Made by a program: the position numbers and the translations under genes
The notes under the pieces: model-generated
Databases searched by the model: none
The model's input: only the letters and a program-made list of their open reading frames with translations
Told to the model about the DNA's origin: nothing
Shown: positions 36,635 through 46,451 of the stretch, in pieces
How positions within the stretch are numbered: the first letter of the stretch is position 1
Layout of the letters: each line of letters opens with the position of its first letter
From: a virus
Length of the DNA: 64,000 bases
IMG/VR virus record: IMGVR_UViG_3300045988_167652
Reading direction: 5' to 3' (one strand)

Positions 36635-37059
36635 TTTCTATCATTTTTAGGTGTTCCTTTAGTCTTATCAATTAAATAATCATGGTTTTTATTTAATTTT
36701 TCATTGATAAGATTTATAGAATTATTAATAGCTTCAAGTCTTGATTTAGTAGCTTTTTCTTCTTCTTTAAGAATTCCTTTAATATGTCCTAATATATTTG
36801 AATAAGCTCTTCTATAAGCTATTTCTTTACCTTTCTTTAAATCAAAGTCATCCTTAAAACAACAAAATGATTCACCTTTAGTAATAAATTTATTAGCAAT
36901 CTTAGTACAGCCTTTCATTCTTGTATAAGCAGAATAGTTAGATTGCTTTATTAAATCTGTATCAGTAGCTACTCTATAAATAATGGTACATCTAACCCTT
37001 CTTCCTGATACTTTATACCCCCTTCTTACTTCTTTAATTTTAAATTTTACTTGATTCAT
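36631..37059 (-). CDS. Hypothetical protein (142 aa)
   Basis: Intact ORF whose ATGA start/stop overlaps the next gene. Confidence 0.6.
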   Translation of the reverse strand: MNQVKFKIKEVRRGYKVSGRRVRCTIIYRVATDTDLIKQSNYSAYTRMKGCTKIANKFITKGESFCCFKDDFDLKKGKEIAYRRAYSNILGHIKGILKEEEKATKSRLEAINNSINLINEKLNKNHDYLIDKTKGTPKNDRK

Positions 37060-37079
37060 AATTTTATTTTATTAGTTTA

Positions 37080-37664
37080 TTATACAACTTCTATGTTAAT
37101 ATCAAAGTTACCCTTATAAGGTACATCTCTTGAAATAATATAATTATCCTTTTTAATAAGTCTTTTTACTCTTAAAGTAAATGCTTTTAAATCTTCAATA
37201 ATATCATCATCAAGATTTAGTGTATTAAGACTTTCAATTCCATTATCATAAAACCCTTTACAATCATCATTAGTAAGTTCTATAACTACTTTATATCCTT
37301 CTCTTTTAAGTATCCTGCTAATCCATTTTATTTGATCAGGTATTTTTCCATTATTATAGAAACATAATATAGAATTAATTAGGAAATCAATCTTTGATTG
37401 TACTGTATATATTATTTTAATTCCTAAATAACATTCATTACTATCACTTAGTGATATGGAATTATTTCTTAAATAAATTGTTTTTTCATCATAATAATTA
37501 TCATTTAAATTAGAATCTTTAAAGTCTAAAAGGCATTCTTCTATATACTCTTTAATAATTTTATTTAATATAGTTTTTCCCTCTTTCATAGTACTTACAA
37601 AAGAGTGGGTAGAAGAACTGTTTGTTTCAAATATATTATTTCTTGTTTTTACTTTAATATTCAT
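37080..37664 (-). CDS. Hypothetical protein with N-terminal IFETNSSSTH motif, paralog B
   Basis: The N-terminus MNIKVKTRNNIFETNSSSTHSF is shared with 36164..36634. Confidence 0.65.
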   Translation of the reverse strand: MNIKVKTRNNIFETNSSSTHSFVSTMKEGKTILNKIIKEYIEECLLDFKDSNLNDNYYDEKTIYLRNNSISLSDSNECYLGIKIIYTVQSKIDFLINSILCFYNNGKIPDQIKWISRILKREGYKVVIELTNDDCKGFYDNGIESLNTLNLDDDIIEDLKAFTLRVKRLIKKDNYIISRDVPYKGNFDINIEVV

Positions 37665-38538
37665 ATCTATTTAAATGTCTTACAGTTTCATGCATAATTT
37701 CATTCTTATTAAATCCAACTGTTAATAATGAATCTATCATAGATAAATATCTTCTTAAATAACTATCTTTTTTATTATTCATAAATTCTTTATATGCTTT
37801 ATCTCTATCAGATTCTTTAACAAAGAATGAAATAAATCTATAATCAGTAATTGAAACATCAACTAATTCATATTTTATATTTATGAATGAAATATCATTA
37901 TCAAATAAAATAAAATTAAATTTTTTTGATGTACCATTTCTACTTAATGCTTTTATAGTAGTTTTAAATTTCTTATCATATTTAATACCATATACAGTAT
38001 CTCCTACAGATAAATCACCAAATGATTTTATATTTTTATTCTCAAGTTCTTTATTCATCAGATCGTATTTATTTAATTTATATTTATTTATTATTTTTAT
38101 AAGTGTTTTAGCATAAGTATTACTTTCAGCATATCCACATTTTTGTAATCCATTAGACCATGCTATATAATCACTGTTACTTAATGTTTTAAGAGATTTA
38201 TAAGCATTATGTGTACTAATTATTTTAGCATGATATATAAATGATTCTACTTTATTTTGAAATATTCTATACTGTGTATTTTTATACTTTTTATTTCCTT
38301 TTGTAGCAGTAATACCAAAATAATTATTACCTTCTTTTGCTAATTCTGATTTGCCCCAACCACTTTCAAGAATACATTGAGCAAGTACTATACTTATAGG
38401 AATATTAGTTCCTACTGTAGATATTAAAGCATATTTATAATTTTCATTTATAAATTCTTCTGTATAATTATTACTATCTGCTTTAACATTATTCATACTA
38501 ACTACTGTTAATAACCATATAAAAATTATTTTCTTCAT
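37654..38538 (-). CDS. Secreted GH73-type peptidoglycan hydrolase (N-acetylglucosaminidase family), candidate endolysin
   Basis: It has an N-terminal signal-like segment MKKIIFIWLLTVVSMNNVKA and the motif IVLAQCILESGWGKSELAKEGNNYFGI (the glucosaminidase LESGWG...NN.FGI signature). Confidence 0.8.
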   Translation of the reverse strand: MKKIIFIWLLTVVSMNNVKADSNNYTEEFINENYKYALISTVGTNIPISIVLAQCILESGWGKSELAKEGNNYFGITATKGNKKYKNTQYRIFQNKVESFIYHAKIISTHNAYKSLKTLSNSDYIAWSNGLQKCGYAESNTYAKTLIKIINKYKLNKYDLMNKELENKNIKSFGDLSVGDTVYGIKYDKKFKTTIKALSRNGTSKKFNFILFDNDISFINIKYELVDVSITDYRFISFFVKESDRDKAYKEFMNNKKDSYLRRYLSMIDSLLTVGFNKNEIMHETVRHLNRYEY

Positions 38539-38604
38539 TATCTTTTTACTTTAAAATTAATCCTACAAAAATACTAATAAAATACGACTATGATTATCAA
38601 TGAA

Positions 38605-38817
38605 TTAGTATGTCTTTCTATGTATAGTTGTAATTGATCTACCTGTAATTTCTGCTATTTGTCTTATGGTAAATCCTTTATTGTATGCATCTTTAACAAA
38701 AGAGGAAAAAGTAGGTTTTACCCTACTATTTTCTCTATCATTTAGAAATTCATCCATAGATAATTTACTATCATTTAAATATCTATGAAGTAGCTCTTCA
38801 AGTTGTTTAGTTATCAT
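38605..38817 (-). CDS. Small helix-turn-helix DNA-binding protein
   Basis: The C-terminal FTIRQIAEITGRSITTIHRK is a typical HTH. Confidence 0.45.
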   Translation of the reverse strand: MITKQLEELLHRYLNDSKLSMDEFLNDRENSRVKPTFSSFVKDAYNKGFTIRQIAEITGRSITTIHRKTY

Positions 38818-39620
38818 TCTATCTTTAATACTCTTTTAATTTCTTTAGCTAAATACTGTGCATCAGGATGAGCGTCTTTATGATTTCTTAATGATAAGAA
38901 ATATTCCCATTGACTTAAAGTACCTGTCATTATTAATTCAGTATAAGTAGCTAAAGGTAAAACATCTCTTGCTCTTTGTGGTTTGTATCCATCTTTGACA
39001 GCTTTCATATATTCTATTTCAGCTGTTTTTAAAGATTCTAACATACCACTTGAATATTCTTCATCTGTAGGATTAACATAAGTAATTTCATTACTGAATT
39101 TACCTAAACTGTAATTACAATATCTTGTACTACTTTGACTAAAACTAAATAATCTATGTCTTACAAACTCATTAGCAATAGCTCTTGAAGTCTTTATAAG
39201 TATAGTATATCTTTTAGCTAAGTTATTTTCGGGAATATATAAATAAGGAAAATTATAATCTATTTTTCCATTATTTTCCATTAATAATAAAGCATTACGA
39301 TAATCCAAAGCAAAAAGATTATAAAATACATTTTCTTTAAGAAGATAATTAATGGGAATCATATACTTTTTCCATTTTTCATAATTTCTTAAAGTACTTG
39401 TATTATGTGCTACACACTTAAAATATACAGTTCCATGCTCTAAAGGTGACTGATGCTTATTATTTTTAAGCATTTCAATAAACTTAATATAGGAATTTTC
39501 TGTAATTCTATCTTCACTTTTATAGCACACTCTACCACATTTTTCAATGTGTTTTTCTATATCTTTTAATGTGTTACCACATTGATTTATTAATTCTATC
39601 TCTTGATTTACAAATTTCAT
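38814..39620 (-). CDS. thyX: Flavin-dependent thymidylate synthase
   Basis: It carries the ThyX signature RHRLFSFSQSSTRY (RHRxxSxxxxSxRY) and is about 268 aa long. Confidence 0.85.
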   Translation of the reverse strand: MKFVNQEIELINQCGNTLKDIEKHIEKCGRVCYKSEDRITENSYIKFIEMLKNNKHQSPLEHGTVYFKCVAHNTSTLRNYEKWKKYMIPINYLLKENVFYNLFALDYRNALLLMENNGKIDYNFPYLYIPENNLAKRYTILIKTSRAIANEFVRHRLFSFSQSSTRYCNYSLGKFSNEITYVNPTDEEYSSGMLESLKTAEIEYMKAVKDGYKPQRARDVLPLATYTELIMTGTLSQWEYFLSLRNHKDAHPDAQYLAKEIKRVLKIE

Positions 39621-39633
39621 ATTATTATTTATT

Positions 39634-41661
39634 TTAATGAATCCAACAATTTCCTATCATAGGATTAGCTTTTAATTTTACTCTTTTACAGAATATAGCT
39701 CCTGATTTTTCCATACATTTCTGAACTTTATCAGCTACTAATTCTTTCATTTCTTTAGGACATTCAATAACTGATTCATCATGAACTAATATAATAATCT
39801 TAACTATTCCGAATAAATTATTTTTTATTATCCAATCAAATAAATATATCATAGCTATCTTAATAGTGTCTGCCCCGGTGGATTGCACTGGGTAATTGAC
39901 GCTGTGTTTTTCCATTTCACTTTTAACTTTGAAATATTCTCTTACAGAAACCATTTGAGCATCATTGATTTTATTTTCTTTCTTGAATTTATAATCACTC
40001 CAGAAATCAGGATAACTCATTTGTTCTTTCATTCTAACAATAATATCAAAGTTATCTATATATATTCTTCTTCTTATAACAGGATTAGTTAATATATATC
40101 CTCTAAGATTTACTAATCTCTTTTGTTCTTTCTTATAATTAGCTAATTTAGGAAAGCCTTTTATATATTCATTTTCTATTCTTTTAGCTTCACTTTCTTC
40201 AAACCCCCTTTCAACTAAAGTTTTTGCATTGCCGTCATAATTAAAAGTGAAACCTATTGATTTAGAGGCTTGTCTTAGTTTAGGGAATTTACTTTTTATT
40301 TGTTCTTTAGGTACATCTATTTGATCTCTATATACTATTGAAGCTACTAAAGAGTGCATATCTCCACCATTATTAATTTCTTTAATCATAGATGGTTCTC
40401 CAGATAATTCTGCTATAACTAAAGTTTCTTGTGAACTATAATCAGTAGAAATAATTATATTATTATCTTCAGCTATAAAACAACTTCTTGTTTCTTCGGT
40501 AGCTGGTAGATTCTGCATATTTAATTTTTCATTCGTATTACTTACATTTCCACCGCTACTCATTCTTGCAGTGTCTGTACCTATTTGTTGAAAGTTAGGA
40601 TGTATTCTTTTAGTTATAGGATGTATAGCTCTTACCCATGAATCTCCATAAGTACTTAATTCCTTTTCTATTTTTGAAAAAGTTAAATAGATAGGAATTA
40701 ATTCCGACTTATCTTTTTGTGGTTTAACTACATCTTCTTTAACCGACTTTTTTAATCTCTTTTCTTTTTTATCCCATACTTTAAGATTTAATCCTAAATC
40801 TTCAAATAAAGGAATTACTTGCTGAGGTGATTTCCAATTTATAGTACATTGGGGATTAGTATTAAAACCTAAAAATAAATCTCCTTGAGTATCTATTTTA
40901 GTAAAATTACTTTTACTTCCATATTTATTTACTACCCAAGTATTCATTGTATTTATTACTTCTTCCCTTTCTTTTTCTAATCTTTTTGTTTTTATATTCC
41001 ACTTATCTTTATCCAATCTAATTCCCATATATTCCATATAAGCAGGAATAAAAACAAATTTATTTTCAAGATAGGCCGAATTAATTAAATCCTCTTCTTC
41101 AAGTCTTTTTTCCTGTAATTCTTTTATCTTATCAAGATATTCTACATCTTTTAAAGCATAAAGAATTACTCTTTCTGTAAGTCCTTCAGTAGGAATATTA
41201 CTTCTTACTTCCTTAGACAGATTAATAGATAAATAATTCCAACATAAATCATCTAAACCTTTTCCTCTTGATGAATCAGGTAATCCTAAATAAAGTATTT
41301 GTTCTACTAAATAGGTATCATATACATTCTTTAGTATTATATCATGATGAAATAAAACTTTTAAATCAAACTTAGCATTTTGAATAATATATGTTCTATC
41401 TTCTTCAAGTTTTTCTTTTAGTATTTTTCTTTGATTATTAGTTAAAGATTGATAGTCAAAACATACTTGAATATGATTTAATCCTAATTGAACAGTTAAT
41501 AATTTATGTAGATAAGGGTCTAATCCTGAAGTTTCAGTATCTAAGGAAAGAGTATTATATTGAAATATTTCTGGAATAATTTCTTCAAAAGGTATTACAT
41601 GATATTGATTTGAAGGGTGGGTAGGTTTGTTATTGGTTATAAAAAACTTTCCTTTTAACAT
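39634..41661 (-). CDS. Family A DNA polymerase with 3'-5' exonuclease domain
   Basis: Exo I is LSLDTETSGLDP, motif A is DYSSQETLVIA, motif B is RQASKSIGFTFNYDG and motif C is LVHDES. Confidence 0.9.
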   Translation of the reverse strand: MLKGKFFITNNKPTHPSNQYHVIPFEEIIPEIFQYNTLSLDTETSGLDPYLHKLLTVQLGLNHIQVCFDYQSLTNNQRKILKEKLEEDRTYIIQNAKFDLKVLFHHDIILKNVYDTYLVEQILYLGLPDSSRGKGLDDLCWNYLSINLSKEVRSNIPTEGLTERVILYALKDVEYLDKIKELQEKRLEEEDLINSAYLENKFVFIPAYMEYMGIRLDKDKWNIKTKRLEKEREEVINTMNTWVVNKYGSKSNFTKIDTQGDLFLGFNTNPQCTINWKSPQQVIPLFEDLGLNLKVWDKKEKRLKKSVKEDVVKPQKDKSELIPIYLTFSKIEKELSTYGDSWVRAIHPITKRIHPNFQQIGTDTARMSSGGNVSNTNEKLNMQNLPATEETRSCFIAEDNNIIISTDYSSQETLVIAELSGEPSMIKEINNGGDMHSLVASIVYRDQIDVPKEQIKSKFPKLRQASKSIGFTFNYDGNAKTLVERGFEESEAKRIENEYIKGFPKLANYKKEQKRLVNLRGYILTNPVIRRRIYIDNFDIIVRMKEQMSYPDFWSDYKFKKENKINDAQMVSVREYFKVKSEMEKHSVNYPVQSTGADTIKIAMIYLFDWIIKNNLFGIVKIIILVHDESVIECPKEMKELVADKVQKCMEKSGAIFCKRVKLKANPMIGNCWIH

Positions 41662-41666
41662 AGTTA

Positions 41667-42212
41667 TTATTTATCTTTATTTTTTACCCATACTACTAAA
41701 TTATCATAATCGATAATCCATCTATTTTTTATTAAAAATGTTCCTCCAAGTATTCCATCTATCTTTATATCATATTTATCTTCAATAACTGTAAAAGAAA
41801 CTGAATCTTTTAATTCTATGAAATCATCGGATAAAACATTATTTTTTATTGAAAAATATACTCTACATACAGGATTTATATCTGTTTTATCATTTATAGT
41901 AGTTACTCTTACTCCTTTTTCAAGATATATTTTATCTTTTATAGAATCTAATATAGATTTAAATATTAAACTTCTATCTGATCCTGAATCAACAATGAAA
42001 TTATATTTTTTTCCTTCTATTTCAGCTTTTATTATAGGTATTCGTAAGGTTTCTATAGAACTTTTTACATTAATAAATTCTCCTTTTTGATTAAAGATTA
42101 AATTTTCATATCTTCTTACAGCTTGTTTATGTATATATAAGAAATATATAAAATAAAAAATTGATAATATAAATAAAAGAAAGCTTATCAATATTACATT
42201 ATTCATATGCAA
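41667..42212 (-). CDS. Membrane-anchored retropepsin-like (clan AA) aspartic protease
   Basis: It has an N-terminal hydrophobic helix (VILISFLLFILSIFYFIYFLYI), the active-site motif FIVDSGSDRSLIF (D-S-G), and a late IDGILGGTFL flap-like motif. Confidence 0.65.
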   Translation of the reverse strand: MHMNNVILISFLLFILSIFYFIYFLYIHKQAVRRYENLIFNQKGEFINVKSSIETLRIPIIKAEIEGKKYNFIVDSGSDRSLIFKSILDSIKDKIYLEKGVRVTTINDKTDINPVCRVYFSIKNNVLSDDFIELKDSVSFTVIEDKYDIKIDGILGGTFLIKNRWIIDYDNLVVWVKNKDK

Positions 42213-43278
42213 TTACATTATATCCTCTAACTTTAGGTCTGTTATTTTGATTAATAACATCCATAGAATGTTCCATTTCTCCATATTGAAGTCTTAATAA
42301 AACTTCACTCATAATATCTTGCCATTTAGGTAATGGTTTACCATATGGAGATTGAAGTCTTTCATTCATTCCTAAAATATTATTTTCAAAAGTCCATATA
42401 AGAGGTTGTCTATTTTCCTTATTAATTACTATAAACTCAAAAGGTAATATAGACCATTCTTGAAGTCCTAATTCATCTAACTTTAATCTTAAATTCTCTG
42501 AATATAAAGTAGCTTGAATCCAATAATTATAAGTATAAAAATTAAGTTCAAAATTATCTTCTATATTAGATGAAGTTTTTAAATCAATAGGAGTAATAGT
42601 TTTATTAGTAAAATCAAGTTTAATAATATCAAACATACATTTTACTTGTTTATCACCGAATCCTGTAAGTACTTTAGCCTGATAAATAATATCAGTATTT
42701 TCGTTATACTTTAGTAATTCAGTTATCTTTTCGTCTCTTTTAAGAGCTTCGACTACTTTAATAGCTAATTCATAATTTTCAAAACTTATTACTTGTTTAC
42801 CTCTACTTTCAATTCTAAAGTTATAATAAGTAGAATAATCCGAAATATATTTTACTTTAGTTTCATCTTTATAACTTTTACCATAATCTACTTCATTACA
42901 GCACTGTATAATAAATAAATTAGTAAGCTCTTCAAATTTTGAAACAGGATTCTTTTCAAGCATTAAATTAATTACTTTCATAATTCCTTCAGTAGGTAAT
43001 TTAGTATCCATTACTTTAAACTTATTACTAAAATTAATAGAATCAGTAAATAAGCAATCTACTAAACTACCAAATATCATACTATCATTTATTTTTCTCT
43101 CTTCAAATAAAGTCTTATATCCATTACTATAATAATTAGATAATTGACTGTAATGAATAGCTTTTAATCCTCTATATGCTTCTTCAGACATATCTAAAAA
43201 AGCCTTATATACAGGATGTTTTTGTTTGTTTTTAATTTCTTCTTCTTTGTTTTTAATTACATCTTCAATAATTCCCAT
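42199..43278 (-). CDS. PD-(D/E)XK superfamily nuclease (RecB/exonuclease-like)
   Basis: CMFDIIKLDF...ITPIDLKTSS fits the D...(D/E)xK core. Its position in the replication/recombination block supports the call. Confidence 0.5.
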   Translation of the reverse strand: MGIIEDVIKNKEEEIKNKQKHPVYKAFLDMSEEAYRGLKAIHYSQLSNYYSNGYKTLFEERKINDSMIFGSLVDCLFTDSINFSNKFKVMDTKLPTEGIMKVINLMLEKNPVSKFEELTNLFIIQCCNEVDYGKSYKDETKVKYISDYSTYYNFRIESRGKQVISFENYELAIKVVEALKRDEKITELLKYNENTDIIYQAKVLTGFGDKQVKCMFDIIKLDFTNKTITPIDLKTSSNIEDNFELNFYTYNYWIQATLYSENLRLKLDELGLQEWSILPFEFIVINKENRQPLIWTFENNILGMNERLQSPYGKPLPKWQDIMSEVLLRLQYGEMEHSMDVINQNNRPKVRGYNVIAYE

Positions 43279-43302
43279 AAAATCTATTATAATTGTTCAA
43301 CA

Positions 43303-43794
43303 TTAAGTCATAAGAGTACTTACCCCCCTACAACCATTACATTTCTTAATTATATCAATAGTTTCTAATATTTGAGATTTATTTCTTACTTCAAAGAAAT
43401 AAGCTCCTTTATAATTTCTATTTAAATAATCAAGAAACAATTTCTTTTTATAGGGATACACATCATTAGCGTATCCCTTTCCTTCAATTACATAAAAAGG
43501 TATTTCACTGTTAGTACTTTTAACGATGAAATCAGGTTTATAAGTAATATTTACAGGTTTAGTAGTTATTTCTCCCCAATATTTACTCTTTTTAGATAGT
43601 GGAGAGAATACTTTTATATTTTCATGTTTATGTAATTCAACTAATGTAAATACTGTTTTTTCATAGTCAAATTCCATATTATTATCCTTTAAATATTTAT
43701 AGATTACTTTATCTAAAGTACTTCTAAACTTAATTTCATCATATATTATTTCTTTAGAGTTTAATACCTTTCTATTTAATTTAAGATGATTCAT
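43303..43794 (-). CDS. Small PD-(D/E)XK endonuclease, T7 endonuclease I-like pattern
   Basis: ITYKPDFIVKSTNSEIPFYVIEGKGY resembles the PDF...E.KG catalytic core of junction-resolving endonucleases. Confidence 0.45.
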   Translation of the reverse strand: MNHLKLNRKVLNSKEIIYDEIKFRSTLDKVIYKYLKDNNMEFDYEKTVFTLVELHKHENIKVFSPLSKKSKYWGEITTKPVNITYKPDFIVKSTNSEIPFYVIEGKGYANDVYPYKKKLFLDYLNRNYKGAYFFEVRNKSQILETIDIIKKCNGCRGVSTLMT

Positions 43795-44377
43795 GTTGTT
43801 GGTATTCTATAGCTAATAATTTAATTTTTTCAGATTCTGACATAGGTTGTGTGTTGTTAATACTTAATCTAAGATCAGCTTTAATAGGGCTTTCACCATT
43901 ATTGTAAGAAATAACATATGAGAATAAAGTTTTTTTCATGAGCCAATTAAATATTCCTTGATATAAAAAACTTACTTCATTTTTACACATATATACTTCT
44001 TTGTTATTATATATCATAGAATATAATATAAGTTTATAAGTACCATTAAGGCGTTTTACCCACAGCATTTTTTTACCTATAAATATCTCTACAGTTTCCT
44101 TTTTATTTTTTAAATTCCTGTTTAAATATATTTTTACTATTCTAAAATTTGAATCATTAAATACAGTCCATAATTTAAAACTATATGCAGATATTTCCTC
44201 TGTAACCACTCTTATATCTGTAGGAATTATCGTATATAATAAGGTATTGTTTGTTATTTCCCTATTTAATATTACATATTTTTCATTTTCTCTATGTAAA
44301 AAACTATAATTATTTTTACTTATAGTGATAACCCCTAAAAAATTTTTATAACTGTTATGATTAATACTTAATGACAT
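43781..44377 (-). CDS. Hypothetical protein (198 aa)
   Basis: Intact ORF abutting the E1-like gene. Confidence 0.6.
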   Translation of the reverse strand: MSLSINHNSYKNFLGVITISKNNYSFLHRENEKYVILNREITNNTLLYTIIPTDIRVVTEEISAYSFKLWTVFNDSNFRIVKIYLNRNLKNKKETVEIFIGKKMLWVKRLNGTYKLILYSMIYNNKEVYMCKNEVSFLYQGIFNWLMKKTLFSYVISYNNGESPIKADLRLSINNTQPMSESEKIKLLAIEYQQHESS

Positions 44378-45157
44378 TTATCTTTCTATTAAAGTTAATA
44401 TATTGGCATTATACTCTCTAAACAAAGGTGGAGGAGGAAATCCTAAATGACTGTATCTAATATGTTCAACTACAGTATTACCTATTAATCCTGCACATAA
44501 AGCACAAACATAAGTAGTTTGTTTTCTATTGCAAGTTACTGCATCAGCTTCATCATCTGAAAATAAAGATTCTTCATACTTTTGAAGTGAATATTCATCA
44601 GGTAATACAGTATAAATTTGTATGGTATCAATAGACATTCTTATATCTATAAGTGCTTTATTCCTTTTAAACTCTTCCTTTACTGTTATTACTTTGTTTT
44701 TCCAATCCTCATATAATATATATCTTCCTTCCATATTATCTATACATATAAAAGTATAATCGGGAAAAGAATTTAAAATTATTGGTATATGTGCTAAGAA
44801 AACATTATGATTTGCAATATAAGTATTATTAAGACCAATATTCATATGATATATAAACTGAGTTATTACATCGGTTTTTTTTAAATTGCACATATTAGTC
44901 CCAAATAATTGACCTCCTAAATTATGTTCTTCAACTATGTCATTATCATATAAATATAATGCTTTAGGAGAGAATCTTGATAGAATAAAGGATAACCATG
45001 ATCCTACTCCACCTAATCCTACTACTATCATAGTTTTCTCTTTTAGAAATTCAACATAATCCATTCCGGAATCTCTTGAAACTTCATTATGTTTTCTATC
45101 ATAAAGCCTTGTCAAGACTTCTATAGTATGATTAATTGATTTTTCGTTTATTTCCAT
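44378..45157 (-). CDS. E1-like / ThiF-MoeB family adenylyltransferase
   Basis: The Rossmann motif is IVVGLGGVGSWLSFILS, followed by LYLYDNDIVEEHNLGGQLF and later the Cys-containing TCNRKQTTYVCALCAGLIGNTVVEH. This is the typical ThiF/E1 adenylation domain layout. Confidence 0.75.
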   Translation of the reverse strand: MEINEKSINHTIEVLTRLYDRKHNEVSRDSGMDYVEFLKEKTMIVVGLGGVGSWLSFILSRFSPKALYLYDNDIVEEHNLGGQLFGTNMCNLKKTDVITQFIYHMNIGLNNTYIANHNVFLAHIPIILNSFPDYTFICIDNMEGRYILYEDWKNKVITVKEEFKRNKALIDIRMSIDTIQIYTVLPDEYSLQKYEESLFSDDEADAVTCNRKQTTYVCALCAGLIGNTVVEHIRYSHLGFPPPPLFREYNANILTLIER

Positions 45158-46449
45158 GATTCTACTATACTTTTTACTTCTTTCATTAAATTGTTATTCG
45201 GATAATTATTTATTACTTCTTCCATACATAATAATAAATCGTCTTCTGTATATTCATTACCATAAAAGTTAAGAGCAAACATAAATCCTTCTTCTAATAT
45301 CGAATAAAGTTTATTATCCGAAACTCCATAGCTTGATAAATTTATATAGAATTTATCTAATACTTCATTAGCAGATTTACTACAAAAGAGTTCTCCTGTA
45401 GCTAAAAAACATAATATCTTTTCACATATATAATACATTTCTCCAGTTACTTCTATATTTTCTCCTAATGTATTTACTAATGAATATGTTCCATTAATAT
45501 CATAAAACTTTTTTCCTGAAGGTTTTGTATTAACTGTATTCTTATTATTTACAATGCTTGTTTCTTTCTTTTCTTTAGGATTAGTTATAGGAGCATATTT
45601 ATCCCAATAACCATATTTATCATTTATATCAGTAGTTTTATCATAATAATTATCCATGTCATCATATGAGTTATTAAACATATTATATTGACCATAATTA
45701 TTATAATGAATATTATAATTATAATTATTATGTAATTTCTTTTTAGCTTCTTCTTTCTTTCTTTTAATTTCTTTTATTTGTTCAAAGCATTCATTTGTAC
45801 TTTCTTTATTCCATTCAAGAATACAATCTCTTATTTCATAACTTTCAGAAACAGTTTCTTCTTCTTCAGTATATACTTTCTCTTTAGTTATAGGATGTAA
45901 ATATGAATTAACAGGTTTAGTAATGGTAGTAATTTTAAATCCTACTTTAGCTATAATATCCATAGCATTATTTACTATTATACTAAGAAATACGGGATAA
46001 TTACTTTGTTCAAATGCTTTAGAGTCAGTTGCAGAAAAAAAGACGTCCATCTTATTGTGGCTGTGCATGTTACCCATATAACAATCTATTAAATCATTAA
46101 CTACCATGTAATGGGTTATTTTAGGATCAGTAACATCATATTCGGTAGTTGTTTGACTTCCCACATCAAGAGGAATTAATCCTTTGACATGATAAATAAA
46201 CATATTATTTTCTTCAGTTACTGAATAAAATATAACCCCACTCCATTCTTCTGATGGTGAAGCAAAATTATATTTCTGAATTTGATCTATAATGTTATCA
46301 GGAATAATAACTTTATCTTTTAGTGTTTTACTTTTATTAGTTTTTATTTCTAATTCAGTATTATTAGGAACTGCTTTAGACGATATTTTAATAGTCTTTG
46401 AAGATTTTTTAGTATCTTTTGACTGAATCTTTTTTGTTTTATTTGACAT
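45148..46449 (-). CDS. JAB/MPN (JAMM) metalloprotease domain protein with long C-terminal extension
   Basis: An upstream Glu lies in SEEWSGVIFY, and MHSHNKMDVFFSATD fits HxHx7Sx2D. It overlaps the E1-like gene by 10 nt. Confidence 0.75.
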   Translation of the reverse strand: MSNKTKKIQSKDTKKSSKTIKISSKAVPNNTELEIKTNKSKTLKDKVIIPDNIIDQIQKYNFASPSEEWSGVIFYSVTEENNMFIYHVKGLIPLDVGSQTTTEYDVTDPKITHYMVVNDLIDCYMGNMHSHNKMDVFFSATDSKAFEQSNYPVFLSIIVNNAMDIIAKVGFKITTITKPVNSYLHPITKEKVYTEEEETVSESYEIRDCILEWNKESTNECFEQIKEIKRKKEEAKKKLHNNYNYNIHYNNYGQYNMFNNSYDDMDNYYDKTTDINDKYGYWDKYAPITNPKEKKETSIVNNKNTVNTKPSGKKFYDINGTYSLVNTLGENIEVTGEMYYICEKILCFLATGELFCSKSANEVLDKFYINLSSYGVSDNKLYSILEEGFMFALNFYGNEYTEDDLLLCMEEVINNYPNNNLMKEVKSIVESWK

Positions 46450-46451
46450 AT

